Shown: piece by piece, positions 1-13,290 of the stretch | Layout: every line of letters begins with the position of its first letter | Numbering within the stretch: the first letter of the stretch is position 1 | Assembly (NCBI GenBank): GCA_964016885.1 | Contig: OZ024742.1 | Location: 131,254,001 to 131,318,000, forward strand | Direction of reading: 5' to 3' | From: Eledone cirrhosa | Lineage: Eukaryota | DNA: 64,000 nucleotides | Notes under the pieces: model-generated | Database searches by the model: none | Told to the model about the DNA's origin: nothing | What the model saw: the letters and a program-made list of their open reading frames with translations, nothing else | Translations under genes and position numbers: made by a program

Positions 1-818
1 CATACACACATACATGCACATACATGCACACACATACACACTTTCATGCACATACATGCACATACATGCACACACATACACACTTGCATGCACACATACA
101 TACACACATACATACACACATACATACACACATACTTGCACATACATGCACACTTGCATGCCCACATACATGCACACACATACACACTTGCATGCACACA
201 TACACGCACATACATTCACACACATACACACTTGCATGTACACATACATGCACATACATGCGCACACATACACACTTGCAAGCACACATACATGCACATA
301 CATGCACATGCATGCACACACATACACACTTGCATGCACACATACACGCACATACATGCACACACATACACACTTGCATGCACACATACGTGTACATACA
401 TGCACACATATACACACTTGCATGTACACATACATGCACATACATGCACACACATACACACTTGCATGCACACATACATGCACATACATGCACACAATAC
501 ACACTTGCATGCACACATACATGCACATACATGCACACACATACATACTTTCATGCACACATACATACACACATACATACACATATACATGCACATACAT
601 GCACATACATACACACTTGCATGCGCATACACACATACATACACACATACACATATACATGCACATACATACTTGCATGCACCCATACATGCCAACAAAA
701 CACACATACACCCATACATACACACATACATGCACATATATGCACATACATACATAATTGCATGTACACATACATACACACATACACACATACACACGTA
801 CATGCACACATATACACA
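1..818. repeat. CA/TGCA-rich minisatellite, ~44-bp unit (CACATACATGCACATACATGCACACACATACACACTTGCATGCA)
   Basis: Unit recurs with variants; it accounts for the His/Thr/Cys pseudo-ORFs. Confidence 0.9.
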
Positions 819-973
819 AACAGAGAGATAGAGAGAGGGAGGGAGAAAAAGAGAGAGAGAGAGTGATAGAGCAAGAGAAGGGTATAATGTGAAAGAAGGG
901 GACATACATACATACATGCATATATACAATTATATATTTATATATATGTATATATACATACATAAACAGACAC

Positions 974-1007
<34 letters not shown>

Positions 1008-1010
1008 GTT

Positions 1011-1052
<42 letters not shown>

Positions 1053-1112
1053 AATATATATATATGCGTATATATTATGTACACACATATGTACACACAC
1101 ACACACACCCAA

Positions 1113-1191
<79 letters not shown>

Positions 1192-1332
1192 ATATATACA
1201 TATATACACTCATATATGTGTATATATATATATGTATATATATGAATATATATATGTATATATATGTATATATATATATGTGTGTATATATATATATGTA
1301 TATATATATGTATATATATGTATATATATATG

Positions 1333-1363
<31 letters not shown>

Positions 1364-1426
1364 TATATATATGGAGTGAGAGAGAGAGAGGGAGAGATAG
1401 AGAGGGAGATAGAGAGAGAGAGGGAG

Positions 1427-1458
<32 letters not shown>

Positions 1459-1500
1459 TGTGAGAGAGAGAGACTGAGAGAGAGAGAGAGAGTGAGAGCT
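819..1500. repeat. Compound (GA)n/(TA)n/(CA)n microsatellite
   Basis: Direct reading. Confidence 0.95.
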
Positions 1501-1650
1501 AAAAGGATGGGAAAGCGATATAGAGAGAGTATAACAGTGATGTTAAAAGTTACTCTTACCAGGGAAGAAACCATTTTCATTTCTTAATATTAACCATTCT
1601 GTCAACACTTGCCAGGGAGAACTTAAGATGATTAATCAGAGTATTTTATT

Positions 1651-4600
1651 GTGTTGGTGTTGGTAGTGATGGTGTTGGTGGTGGTGGTGGTGGTGTTGGT
1701 GGTGGTGGTGTTGGTGGTGGTGATGGTGGTGGTGGTGGTGGTGGTGGTGTTGGTGGTGGTGGTGGTGGTGGTGTTGTTGCTGGTGGTAGTGGTGGTAGTT
1801 TTGGTGTTGGTGGTGGTGGTGGTGGTGTTGGTGGTGGTAGTGGTGGTGGTGTTGGTGGTGGTGATGGTGGAGGTGGTGGTGGTGGTGGTGTTGGTGGTGG
1901 TGGTGGTAGTGGTGGTGTTGGTGGTGGTGGTGTTGGTGGTGGTGTTGGTGGTGGTGGTGGTGGTGGTGTTGGTGGTGGTGGTGGTGGTGGTGGTGTTGGT
2001 GGTGGTGGTGTTGGTGGTGGTGATGGTGGTGGTGGTGGTGGTGGTGGTGTTGGTGGTGGTGTTGGTGTTGGTAGTGGTGGTGTTGGTGGTGGTGGTGGTG
2101 GTGGTGGTGTTGGTGGTGGTGGTGTTGGTGGTGGTGATGGTGGTGGTGGTGGTGGTGGTGGTGTTGGTGGTGGTGTTGGTGTTGGTAGTGGTGGTGTTGG
2201 TGGTGGTGGTGGTGGTGTTGGTGGTGGTGATGGTGGTGGTGGTGGTGGTGGTGTTGGTGGTGGTGGTGTTGGTGGTGGTGATGGTGGAGGTGGTGGTGGT
2301 GTTGGTGGTGGTGGTGTTGGTGGTGTTGGTGGTGGTGATGGTGGTGGTGGTGGTGGTGGTGGTGTTGGTGGTGGTGGTGTTGGTGGTGGTGGTGTTGGTG
2401 GTGGTGATGGTGGAGGTGGTGGTGATGGTGGTGGTGGTGGTGGTGGTGGTGTTGGTGGTGGTGGTGGTGGTGGTGGTGTTGGTGGTGGTGGTGTTGGTGG
2501 TGGTGGTGTTGGTGGTGGTGATGGTGGAGGTGGTGGTGATGGTGGTGTTGGTGGTGGTAGTGGTGGTGTTGGTGGTGGTGGTGGTGGTGGTGTTGGTGGT
2601 GGTGGTGGTTGTGGTGGTGTTGGTGGTGGTGGTGTTGGTGGTGGTGATGGTGGAGGTGGTGGTGATGGTGGTGTTGGTGGTGGTAGTGGTGGTGTTGGTG
2701 GTGGTGGTGGTGGTGTTGGTGGTGGTGGTGGTTGTGGTGGTGTTGGTGGTGGTGGTGTTGGTGGTGGTGATGGTGGAGGTGGTGGTGATGGTGGTGTTGG
2801 TGGTGGTAGTGGTGGTGTTGGTGGTGGTGGTGGTGGTGGTGGTGTTGGTGGTGGTGGTGTTGGTGGTGGTGGTGGTGGAGGTGGTGGTGATGGTGGTGCT
2901 GGTGGTGGTGGTGGTGGTGGTGGAGGTGGTGGTGTTGGTAGTGGTGGTGTTGGTGGTGGTGGTGGTGGTGTTGTTGTTGTTGGTGGTGGTGGTGTTGGTG
3001 GTGGTAGTGGTGGTGTTGGTGGTGGTGGTGGTGGTGGTGGTGTTGATGTTGGTAGTGGTGGTGTTGGTGGTGGTGGTGGTGGTGTTGTTGTTGTTGGTGG
3101 TGGTGGTGTTGGTGGTGGTAGTGGTGGTGTTGGTGGTGGTGGTGGTGGTGGTGGTGGTGTTGGTGTTGGTAGTGGTGGTGTTGGTGGTGTTGGTGGTGGT
3201 GGTGGTGTTGGTGGTGGTGGTGTTGGTGGTGGTGGTGGTGTTGTTGTTGGTGGTGGTGGTGTTGGTGGTGGTGGTGGTGGTGGTGGTGGTGTTGGTGGTG
3301 GTGGTGTTGGTGGTGGTGGTGGTGTTGTTGTTGGTGGTAGTGGTGTTGGTGGTGTTGGTGGTGGAGGTGGTGTTGGTGGTGGTGGTGTTGGTGGTGGTGA
3401 TGGTGGAGGTGGTGGTGATGGTGGTGTTGGTGGTGGTAGTGGTGGTGTTGGTGGTGGTGGTGGTGGTGGTGGTGTTGGTGGTGGTGGTGGTGGTGGTGGT
3501 GTTGGTGGTGGTGGTGTTGGTGGTCGTGGTGGTGTTGTTGTTGGTAGTGGTGGTGTTGGTGGTGGTGGTGGTGGTGGTGGTGTTGGTGGTGGTGGTGTTG
3601 GTGGTGGCGGTGGTGTTGTTGTTGGTAGTGGTGGTGTTGGTGGTGGTGGTGGTGGTGGTGGTGTTGGTGGTGGTGGTGTTGGTGGTAGTGATGGTGGAGG
3701 TGGTGGTGATGGTGGTGTTGGTGGTGGTAGTGGTGGTGTTGGTGGTGGTGGTGGTGGTGGTGGTGTTGGTGGTGGTGTTGTTGCTGGTGGTGTTGGTGGT
3801 GGTGGTAGTGTTGGTGGTGGTGGTGGTGGTGGTGGTGGTGTTGGTGGTGGTGGTGGTGTTGGTGGTGGTGGTGGTGGTGTTGTTGCTGGTGGTGGTGGTG
3901 GTGGTAGTGTTGGTGGTGGTGGTGGTGGTGGTGGTGTTGGTGGTGGTGGTAGTGTTGGTGGTGGTCGTGGTGGTGGTGGTGGTGGTGTTGTTGCTGGTGG
4001 TAGTGGTGGTATTGGTGGTGTTGGTGGTGGTGGTGTTGCTGGTGGTGGTGGTGTTGGTGGTGGTGTTGCTGGTGGTGATGGTGTTAGTGGTGGTGGTAGT
4101 TTTGTGGTGGTGGTGTTGGTGGTGGTGGTATTGGTGTGGTGGTGGTGTTGGTGGTGGTGGTGGTATTGGTGGTGTTGCTGGTGGTAGTATTGGTGTTGGA
4201 GGTGGTACTAGTGGTGTTGGTGGTGGTGATGGTAATATTGGTCTTGGTGGTGGTAGTACTGGTGATGGTGTTGGTGGTGGTAGTATTGGTGGTGGTGTTG
4301 GTGGTGGTATTGGTGTTGTGGTAGTAGTGGTGTTGGTCGTGGTGGTGGTACTATTGGTGTTGGTGGTGGTAGTATTGGTTGTAGTATTGGTGTTGGTGTT
4401 GGTGTTGTGGTAGTAGTGGCGTTGTTGGTGGTGGTTGTAGTATTGGTTTTGGTGGTAGTATTGGTGATGGTGGTTGTAGTATTGGTGTTGTTGTTGCTGG
4501 TGGTATTGGTGTTGGTGGTGGTAGTAGTGGTGGTGGTGGTTGTAGTATTGGTGTTGTTGTTGGTGGTGGTATTGGTCTTGGTGGTGGTAGTAGTGGTGTT

Positions 4601-7505
4601 GGTGTTGGTGGCGGTAGTATTGGTGGTGGTGGTAGTAGTGGTGTTGGTGGTGGTTGTAGTAATTGGTGGTGGTGGTAGTAGTGGTGTTGGTGTTGGTGGT
4701 GGTAGTAGTGGTGTTGGTGGTGGTAGTAGTGGTGTTGTTGGTGGTGGTGGTAGTATTGGTGTTTGTGTTGGTGGTGGTGGTATTAGTGTTGGTGGTGGTG
4801 GTGGTGGTGGTATTGGTGTTGGTGGTGCTGGCGGTGGTAGTATTGGTGTTGGTGGTGGTAGTAGTGGTGTTGGTGTTGGTGGTGGTGGTGGTAGTAGTAG
4901 TGTTGTTTGTTGGTGGTGGTAGTATTGGTGGTGGTGGTAGTATAGGTGTTGGTGGTGGTAGTAGTGGTGTTGGTGGTGGTGGTGGTAGTATTGGTGGTGG
5001 TAGTATTGGTGTTGGTAGTGGTAGTAGTGGTGGTGGTGTTGGTGGTGGTAGTAGTGGTGTTGGTGCTGGTAGTAGTGGTGTTGGCGGTGGTAATAGCGTT
5101 GGTGGTGTTGGTGGTGGTGGTAGTGGTGTTGGTGGTCGTGGTGGTAGTATTGGTGGTGGTGGTAGTATTGGTGTTGGTGGTGGTAGTAGTGGTGTTGTTG
5201 GTGGTGGTAGTATTGGTGTTTGTGTTGGTGGTGGTGGTATTGGTGTTGGTGGTGGTGGTGGTAGTATTGGTGTTGGTGGTGGTAGTAGTGGTATTGGTGT
5301 TAGTGTTGGTGGTGGTAGTATTGGTGTTGGTGGTGCTGGTGGTGGTAGTATTGGTGGTGGTGGTGGTGGTAGTATTGTGTGGTGGTGGTAGTATTGGTGG
5401 TGGTGGTTGTATTGGTGTTGGTGGAGGTAGTAGTGGTGGTGGTGTTGGTGGTGGTATTAGTGGTGTTGGTGGTGGTAGTAGTGGTGTTGGTGGTGGTAGT
5501 ACTGGTGTTGGTGGTGGTAGTATTGGTGATGGTGGTAGTATTGGTGTTGGTGGTGGTAGTATTGGTGTTGGTTTTGGTGCTGGTGGTATTGGTGTTGGTG
5601 GTGGTGGTGGGAGTATTGGTGGTGGTGGTGGTAGTATTGGTGCTGGTGTTGGTGGTGCTGGTGTTGGTGTCGGTGGTGGTAGTATTGGTGTTGGTGTTGG
5701 TGGTGGTGGTATTGGTGTTGTTGGTGGTGGTGGTAGTATTGGTGGTGGTGGTAGTATTGGTGCTGGTGTTGGTGGTGGTGGTATTGGTGTTGGTGGTGGT
5801 GGTGTTAGTATTGGTGGTGTTGGTAGTATTGGTGTTGATATTGGTGGTGGTAGTATTGGTGTTGGTGTTGGTGGTATTGCTGTTGGTGGTGGTGGTGGTA
5901 GTAGTGCTGTTGGTGGTGGTGGTGGTAGTATTGGTGGTGGTGGTGGTAGTATTGGTGTTGGTGGTGGTAGTAGTGGTGTTGGTGTTGGTGGCGGTGGTGG
6001 TAGTAGTAGTGTTGGTCGTGGTGGTATTGGTGTTGGTGGTGGTAGTAGTGGTGTTGGTGTTGGTGGTGGTGGTATTGATGTTGGTGGTTGTGGTGGTAGT
6101 AGTGGTGGTGGTGGTGGTGGTGGTAGTATTGGTGGTGGTGGTAGTATTGGTGTTGGTGGTGGTAGTATTGGTGTTGGTTTTGGTGGTGGTGGTAGTGGTG
6201 TTGGTGGTGGGAGTATTGGTGGTGGTGGTAGTATTGGTGGTGGTGGTAGTATTGGTGCTGGTGTTGTGTGGTGGTGGTGTTGGTGTTGGTGGTGGTGGTG
6301 CTAGTAGTGGTGTTGGTATTGGTGGCGGTAGTATTGGTATTGGTGGTGGTAGTAGTGGTGTTGTTGTTGGTGGTGGTGGTAGTATTGGTGTTGGTGGTGG
6401 TGGTATTGGTGTTGGTGGTTGTGGTGGTAGTAGTGGTGTTGGTGTTGGTGGTGGTAGTAGTGGTGGTGGTGGTGGTGGTGGTGGTAGTATTGGTGGTGGT
6501 GGTGGTATTGGTGTTGATGGTGGTGGTGGTAGTATTCGTGGTGGTGGTGGTAGTAGTGGAGTTGTTGTTGGTGGTGGTGGTAGTAGTGGTGTTGGTGGTG
6601 GTGGTATTGGTGTTGCTGGTTGAGGTGATAGTACTGGTCGTGGTGGTAGTATTGGTTGTGGTGGTGGTGGTATTGGTGTTGATGGTGGTGGTGGTAGTAG
6701 CGATGTTGGTTTTGGTGGTATTGGTGTTGGTGGTGGTGGTGGTAGTATTGTTGGTGGTTGTAGTATTAGTGTTGGTGGTTGTAGTAGTGGTGTTGGTGGT
6801 GGTGGTATTGGTGTTGTTGGTTGTGGTGGTAGTAGTGGTGTTGGTGGTGTTAGTAGTGGTGTTCGTGTTGGTTGTATTGGTGTTGGTGGTGGTGGTGGTG
6901 ATGGTAGTATTAGTGTTGGCGGTGGTGGTGATATCATTGGTGTTGGTGGTGGTGATGGTAGTATTGGTGTTGGTGGTGGTGATGGTAGTATTGGTGTTGG
7001 TGGTGGTGGTGCCATTTGTCGTTGTCTGTGATTGTGGTGCAGTTGTTGATAGTTGTAGTGTTTGTAGTAGTGGCGTTGTTGGTAGTAGTGATGTTGGGGC
7101 TGATTGTGTTGGTGGTAGTAGCGATGGTATTGGTGATGTTTGAGTTTGTGGTATTGGTATTGGTGGTAGCGGTGGTCATATTGCTATTGGTGGATATGCT
7201 GGTATTGGTGTTCGTCGTGTTGGTAATGGTGGACATGTTGCTGTTGGCGCTATTAGCGATGGTGGTGTTTGTGTTGGTGTTGTTGGTCATGGTAATGTTG
7301 GTGTTGGTGGTGTTGGCGAAGGTGGTGTGTGTGTTGGAGATGGTGTGCTGTGTATGTTGCTGGTGTTTGTATAGGTGGTGTTGGTGGTGTTGGTGATGGG
7401 GGTGTTTGTCTTGGTGGTGTTGGCGATGGTGGTGTGTGTGTTGGAGATTGTGTGGTGTGTATGTTGGTGGTCTTTGTGTTGGTGGTGTTGGTCATGGTGG
7501 TAGTG
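1651..7505. repeat. Degenerate (GGT)n trinucleotide array, ~5.9 kb
   Basis: GGT/GTT at the left, AGT/ATT added from ~4000, decaying after ~7000; several register shifts. Confidence 0.95.
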
Positions 7506-8914
7506 TCGGTGAGAGTAGAATGTTGGCACTTTAATAGATTCCTTATTGAATTTCAATTAGCAACCAACCCAACAGTTATCGTGATTTACTTTTTGTTTTA
7601 TTTTATTTCATTTCTGTGACTGGCCCTCTCCCATCCTTCATCTCATAAAACAACAACAACAACGTCAACATCACCACTACCAACAACAACAAAATACAAC
7701 AAAAATCAGACAAATGTCTAAACAACAGCAAATGCTTGAAAAACAACAACAAAAATACACATCATATAATCAAGATTCTCTTTCCATTAATTGTTGGTGT
7801 GGATGTGGAGGAGGTGGAAGGTTACGGCTAAGATGGGGCAAGAGAGATATACTGAAAGATAGAGGTAGTGAGTGAGAGAGAGAGTGAGAGAGTGAGGTGA
7901 GAGATGGATGGCTAGATAGATGGAGAGGAAAAAATTTAATTAAGATTGTTAGATAGTGTCAGTTAAAAATTCACATGATGATGTACTTACACACGTGTAA
8001 GCACAGAAATACACATTTTACATGAGTCTATAATCTCAGTTGCCTAACACAAATGCACACAAATCAACCAATGAGAGACAGACTAGAATGCACAGAGACG
8101 TGTGTGTATGTTACTATGTCTTTGTGTGTTTGAGAGACTTAACAACTGATGATTCATTCATTTAATACTCCGATTTACAACTTTAAATGCCAGCATACTC
8201 GGTATAAAACACACACATTCCCTTTCATTTATGTGTTTCTTAGTTTTTGTCCTGTAAATGTAGGTGTCCATCTATGGTTATCTCACGTTTATTTCCCCAG
8301 ATTTCAATATCGTGTTGAAATCCTATTATATGCTATGAAGTCATATCAATGCTTCCCCTCATTTACCGATGTAAAAAGTGGCAACACTAAGATCATGCAT
8401 GTTTTATTGTGTGGCAGAATTGGTAGACCATCGGATGTCAAATTTGTTTTCTTTCTTCCTGGGTCGATAAAATAAAGTACAAGTGGCGTACTAGGGTTGA
8501 TATAATAAACTTTGTCATTACCATGAATTTGCTCTCTTGAGCCTAAATTAGAAATCGACGTTTATTAACCCACGGTATGATCAAAGGTGCTCCTAATTTG
8601 ACCATCATGTCTTTTTTCATGCATGCTATATGTATGAAATTATTTTGTCTAATATGTCTTTCATTGTTTAAGATATTAATGTGGCATATGAAAGAATCTT
8701 ATCTCATATTTCGAGCTGGTTTTGCGATGATATAGAGGGTGTTGTTGACTCATCGTTTTTATTCACTGATGTGGATATTGTTTGGAAAGTCGTAGGCTCA
8801 ACTGAATCTCTCCAGTTATGTTTTATTGAGAGATGTCTGAAATAGAGACGGAGAAATATAATGAGCATCTTTATTCCAGAGCAACCTTATAATTTATACA
8901 TGTGAAGGCAGAGG

Positions 8915-9125
8915 ATTGGCTGTGTCGGTGGAGTGTCGGGTAAAATGCTCGATGGTATATAGTTACGGCCGTTTACGTTCTGTATTCAAAACCCGCGGAG
9001 GTTAGTTTTGCCTTTCATCCTTACGGGGCCGATAAAATAAAGTACCAATAAAGTACTGGTGTTGGTTTAATCGATTTTCCTCTTCCTCTAAATTATTGAC
9101 GTTGTGCGCAAATCAGAACCATAAC
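8915..9125 (+). mobile_element. tRNA-derived SINE, family A (degenerate relatives at ~8410-8560, 9405-9535, 16410-16590)
   Basis: Core GCCTTTCATCCTTACGGGG.CGATAAAATAAAGTACC shared with ~25 copies in the window. Confidence 0.8.
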
Positions 9126-9849
9126 TCATACAGGTGTGAATTCGATTCCCACAGGCGATAAGCTCCATTTTTTCCGTCTCTATATATCCCAACTGGTTCG
9201 ACTATGTTTCATTGTCCAAAATCAAACGTTGATGTGTTTATATTAAGTTAACATTCAAAATATGTGAAACTCTTTGTTGAATACGACTGATTCTTTGTTT
9301 ATAGATAAGATTTCTCCTTTTTATTAGTTAAAATGTTATATTGGATTCATGGCGTTCCTTCTTTCTGTTTCCATACTTGCATGGATTATTTCAGGCCGTG
9401 AATTTACAGAGTCGTTAGAACGTCGGATAGAATTATTTGCCGTATTCGTTTCGGTTCTCTATTCTCTGAGTTTGAATCCCACCGATGTCACCTTTGTCTT
9501 TCATCCATTCGAGTCTAATACTGCTGTTGATTCTTCCTCTATATCTCTTTCTCATCTCCATTCTCTCACTGTCTGTCCTTCTCTGGAAGAAATCTGTTGT
9601 ATTCCGACCTAGATAGAAGATGGGTTTCGTCTGGTTTAAACATGTCCTAGAAACGTCGTACGGTGCCCTTACAACTTCATCAGGATTTACGGGTCTATGC
9701 ATGTGTAGTTTTCTCTATTTTGTGTCTTTGGATATCTATATGATAAAGCTTCTTGCCCGATAGGTGTATAACATCATATTGTCTATCGTCGTTTACTATT
9801 TTTAAATAGGTTTATTTACAATAGTTTATAACTTTGCCTATTAATCCGT

Positions 9850-10005
9850 ATGGTGAGCAACTGGGGTCCCACGTTCTGGCCTCCCCACAACCCCGGCGGA
9901 CAGGATGTAGAAGGCGTTTCCCCGGAGAATGGTAAGGGAGATGCGCTGGAAGAGCCATTCCAACTCGTGAGGCTCACACCTACGGCTCGCCGGCTCAGCG
10001 CCTAT
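9850..10005 (-). mobile_element. CRE-clade non-LTR retrotransposon 3' fragment
   Basis: Minus strand translates EPHELEWLFQRISLTILRGNAFYILSAG, matching the CRE C-terminal FQRLS...QRGNA motif. Confidence 0.75.
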
Positions 10006-10233
10006 GGTGGTGAATGTCTCTTAGAGTGCATTTGTTGAACTCTATTATTTTGTAATCGTTCGGTCTGGGACTGTCTCCACTTTTCAATATGCTCCATATT
10101 GTGAGTGTTGTTATTTGAGTATCCCTCTAAAAATAGATGGCTCAAATTCTTCATACGGCGTGTCTTGGGCATTTTACGACTGGCGGAGGCCCATCTTTCT
10201 TCAGATCGGAACATATTCAATTTCTTCCTTCCG

Positions 10234-10351
<118 letters not shown>

Positions 10352-10544
10352 AAGAGAGAGAGGTAGAGATAGAGAGAGAGAAAGATTGTTCAAAAGAAAA
10401 ACTAACGTCAATATAGGATTGGTACTTTATTTATCGACCTCGAAAGTAAGAAAGACAAAGTTGTCCACAGTGTAGTTTGAACCCAGTACATAATGAGTCA
10501 CAAGTACCGAACCCAAATGACTTGCCGTCTTATATATTCTTAGT

Positions 10545-10820
10545 AGTGAAGGCACGTGGCTTGGTGGTTAGGGTTTCGGCGCACGATCGTAAGGTTGTGA
10601 GTTCGATTCACGTGTGCTGTGTCCTTAAACGCTGTTCCAGTCCACGCAGCTGGAGCACACTCGCACAGTCTGTATCATGCTGAATCTCCCTGAGAACTAC
10701 GTTAAAGGTTCGCATGTCGGTATACTGCTCAGCGTGTTGCATGTTAATTTCGTGAGCAGGCTCTTCCGTTGACCGTATGAACCAGAACACTCGTCGTCGT
10801 AAACGGCGGACTGCCACTTA
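10545..10820 (+). mobile_element. tRNA-derived SINE, family B
   Basis: Head GAAGGCACGTGGCTTGGTGGTTAG (A box) ... GAGTTCGATTC (B box); tail shared with 16675-17010, 40830-41165, 57720-57850, 61160-61420. Confidence 0.75.
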
Positions 10821-10929
10821 TATTTTTAATAAGTAATACAAAATATAAAATTGCGAAACACAATAGTTTTAATTGCATTTGCAAAATTTCATTTTACTTC
10901 GGTGTATTTTTTGTAGAATATATATATAT

Positions 10930-11126
10930 ATATTTAATATAGAAATGGCTTCTACAGGATTAGAACTGTTTAATTCGGGAGAAATCATCAGGGCTTCCTG
11001 ATGATTTCTCTCGAATGAAACAGTTCTAGTCTTGTAGAAGTCATTTCCATATTAAATATTTATACTTTGCTATGTATTAAGTACCTTACCTTCTGTGGTT
11101 ACCCCGATTGAACCCGGGATAAACTT
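10930..11126 (+). mobile_element. PLE-type 3' fragment with 5' fold-back, flanked by (TA)n
   Basis: 10930-10993 is the reverse complement of ~10997-11059; CTGATGA...GAAAC at 10998-11021; same family inverted at 23826-23968. Confidence 0.7.
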
Positions 11127-11144
11127 ATATATATATATATATAG

Positions 11145-11850
11145 GGACAAGTGCAACTTCAGCAAAATAGTGACACACAATTAACATTGCTTACCAACGA
11201 AAAACTATAGGATTTGTGACAATGCTCTCCATGAGCAAACAAAAACAGAAAATCTTTACTCCTCTCCAACAAAGAGTGTAACATAAAACAGAAACGATGT
11301 TTGGAGACAGTACAACCAGAAATCTTCAATATAAGAATTGAGAGCTGTCAGCAAAAAAACGTCGATACCAGAAGAGGGTGGCTGAAAGAAAAATAATTAA
11401 TAAAAGTTTCACCCGAAACCAAACATTAGTCTGTAGGTATATAAAGGGCAAAGTAATAAATCTCACTGGGGCCCCATCCCAGAAATACACAGATTCATTC
11501 TGGAGAAAAATATGGGGTAAAGAGAAGATTCAACAAAGTTGTATTGTGCCCCTGCACTACAGCAAAAACATACAGAATAAATGATGATACTCTTGATACT
11601 GTGATACGAACATTCCAAGATGACAAAACACCAAGAAAAGACTTGATTGTCGGCTACTGGTACCAAAAACTATCATTTTATCGGATGTATCTTATCAACC
11701 GCTACCATCAAGCTCTGCAGGGAGGTGCACATATACCAGGGTGGTCGACATTAGCACAAACAATATTGGTTCTAAAGAACAAAGACACCCACTTAGCAAA
11801 AGACTATATATACAGCCTGCCTGAATCTATTTCTCCAAGTTCACTGTGAA
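11145..11850 (+). mobile_element. R4/Dong-clade LINE RT N-terminal remnant
   Basis: DLIVGYWYQKL...IPGWSTLAQTILVLKNKDTHLAKDY resembles R4/Dong PxWLTxGRTxLIPK...KNYRPI; disrupted. Confidence 0.65.
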
Positions 11851-11865
11851 AATAATATCATCACA

Positions 11866-12390
11866 AATGAGACAGGTTGTACTGGGATACATGTTACCAG
11901 TAGCACCAAAAGTAGGACTAAAAACAAAGCCTGTCAAAGGGCAAAGGGGCTCTTAAGAGTCAATGGCCATCCAAAATCACCGGGAGAGATGATCCCTTAG
12001 CCTTTGTCAAGGCAGAATTCTAGGAGAAGGAAAACTCTGATATAACACCTGCAACCCTGATGGTATCCAATGATGTTGTCTTGTTCTTCTTTTTGGTAAA
12101 TATCATCTTGGTTAAGAGAGTGGGACTGGCTTTGTGCAGTTCCTTTGCTCACTATAAAAGTTTCACGGCACAGGCATTGCTTTATATCTGGAGATCTCTC
12201 TGTACTTGTCGTCACATGGTACCATGGGCCCAGCACTATGTGTCAATAATTGTCACAAGTGTAGTGTTTGTACCAGAGTTTTCAAGTCGCTGGCTGGACT
12301 AAAAAGCCACACTCGTTCAGCGCTTCGGTAGGGGTTCTCCTACATGGATATAAAGTAGTGGCCGTACTCGAAAACGAGTTGGCAGCCACC
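11866..12390 (+). mobile_element. RTE-derived non-autonomous element with 5' inversion
   Basis: Body matches 39458-39937; 11866-11909 is the reverse complement of the element's 5' leader; (TATG)n tail. Confidence 0.75.
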
Positions 12391-13290
12391 ATGTATGTAT
12401 GCATGTATGTATGTATGTATGTATGTATATGTGTATGTCTGTTTGTGTGTGCGTGTGTGTGTCTGTTTGAGTATGCATGTCTCTGTATCTGTATGCGTGT
12501 AGGAGTGTGTGCATGTGTGTGTGTCTGCATGCTAATAAAACTAAAACCTATATGACCCAGAGAGAAATACACGCAAGAAGGTTTTAACATATCCCAAAAA
12601 TTCATAAAGGAACAAATTCCATTATGTAGAAAAGTCGATTCTAACCAGTCTTATAATATAATAAAACCATGTCTTTAATAGATATAGGATAATACTGTCT
12701 GACATCAAAACAACGTATTAAAATTAAAGCGATTTGAAGTCAGTTTCTGACTAAGCCTGAGCAGAAAACCTTAAACTGGAAACACTTCCCAGTTAACCAG
12801 AAGTGCCATAAATTATTTAATAAAAAACAATATCAAGACCCGCTTTGGCTGTACGAAACTATTGTCGGCAAATTGCTGAACAAATCCTAATGTTCCAATG
12901 AAAATAAAATCCAGCTAACAATATGTTGACTTAAACGCAAAACATGAGCAAAAACAATAATATATGAAACGAAGGTATTACCTTCTATTGGGTAACGTTC
13001 AAGAAATAATATCGGTATGTCACTAATTACACCGAGCAAGATATTGTTTGTTCCCTGGTTTGCTATATCCCATTATTATAAAAAAAACTATTATTTAATC
13101 AGAAGTTTGGGTTTGTGGTCAGAAGTTTGATATTTTGAAATTTTCATATTTTTCAAGAAAAAAACACATTTTTTAAAAATGTATCAGTTCATATAATTAA
13201 ATCAACAGAGTATATCTTTATTTTATTACACAAGCTTATCAAAAGCAAACAAGTAAAAACAAATAACACTTATAAAGCAACTTATACACG

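Noticed and set aside
14-1587. His/Thr/Cys and Tyr/Ile ORFs
   Set aside because: Translations of CA/TA simple repeats, open in several frames on both strands
1651-4413. 920-aa poly-Val ORF
   Set aside because: GTG frame of the GGT array, non-ATG start, implausible protein
10545-10612. tRNA-like sequences here and at other SINE heads
   Set aside because: A/B boxes run into SINE bodies; no intact cloverleaf
11997-12302. 79-80 aa ORFs repeated at 39543 and 51158
   Set aside because: Shared only because they lie within copies of one repeat; no recognisable domain
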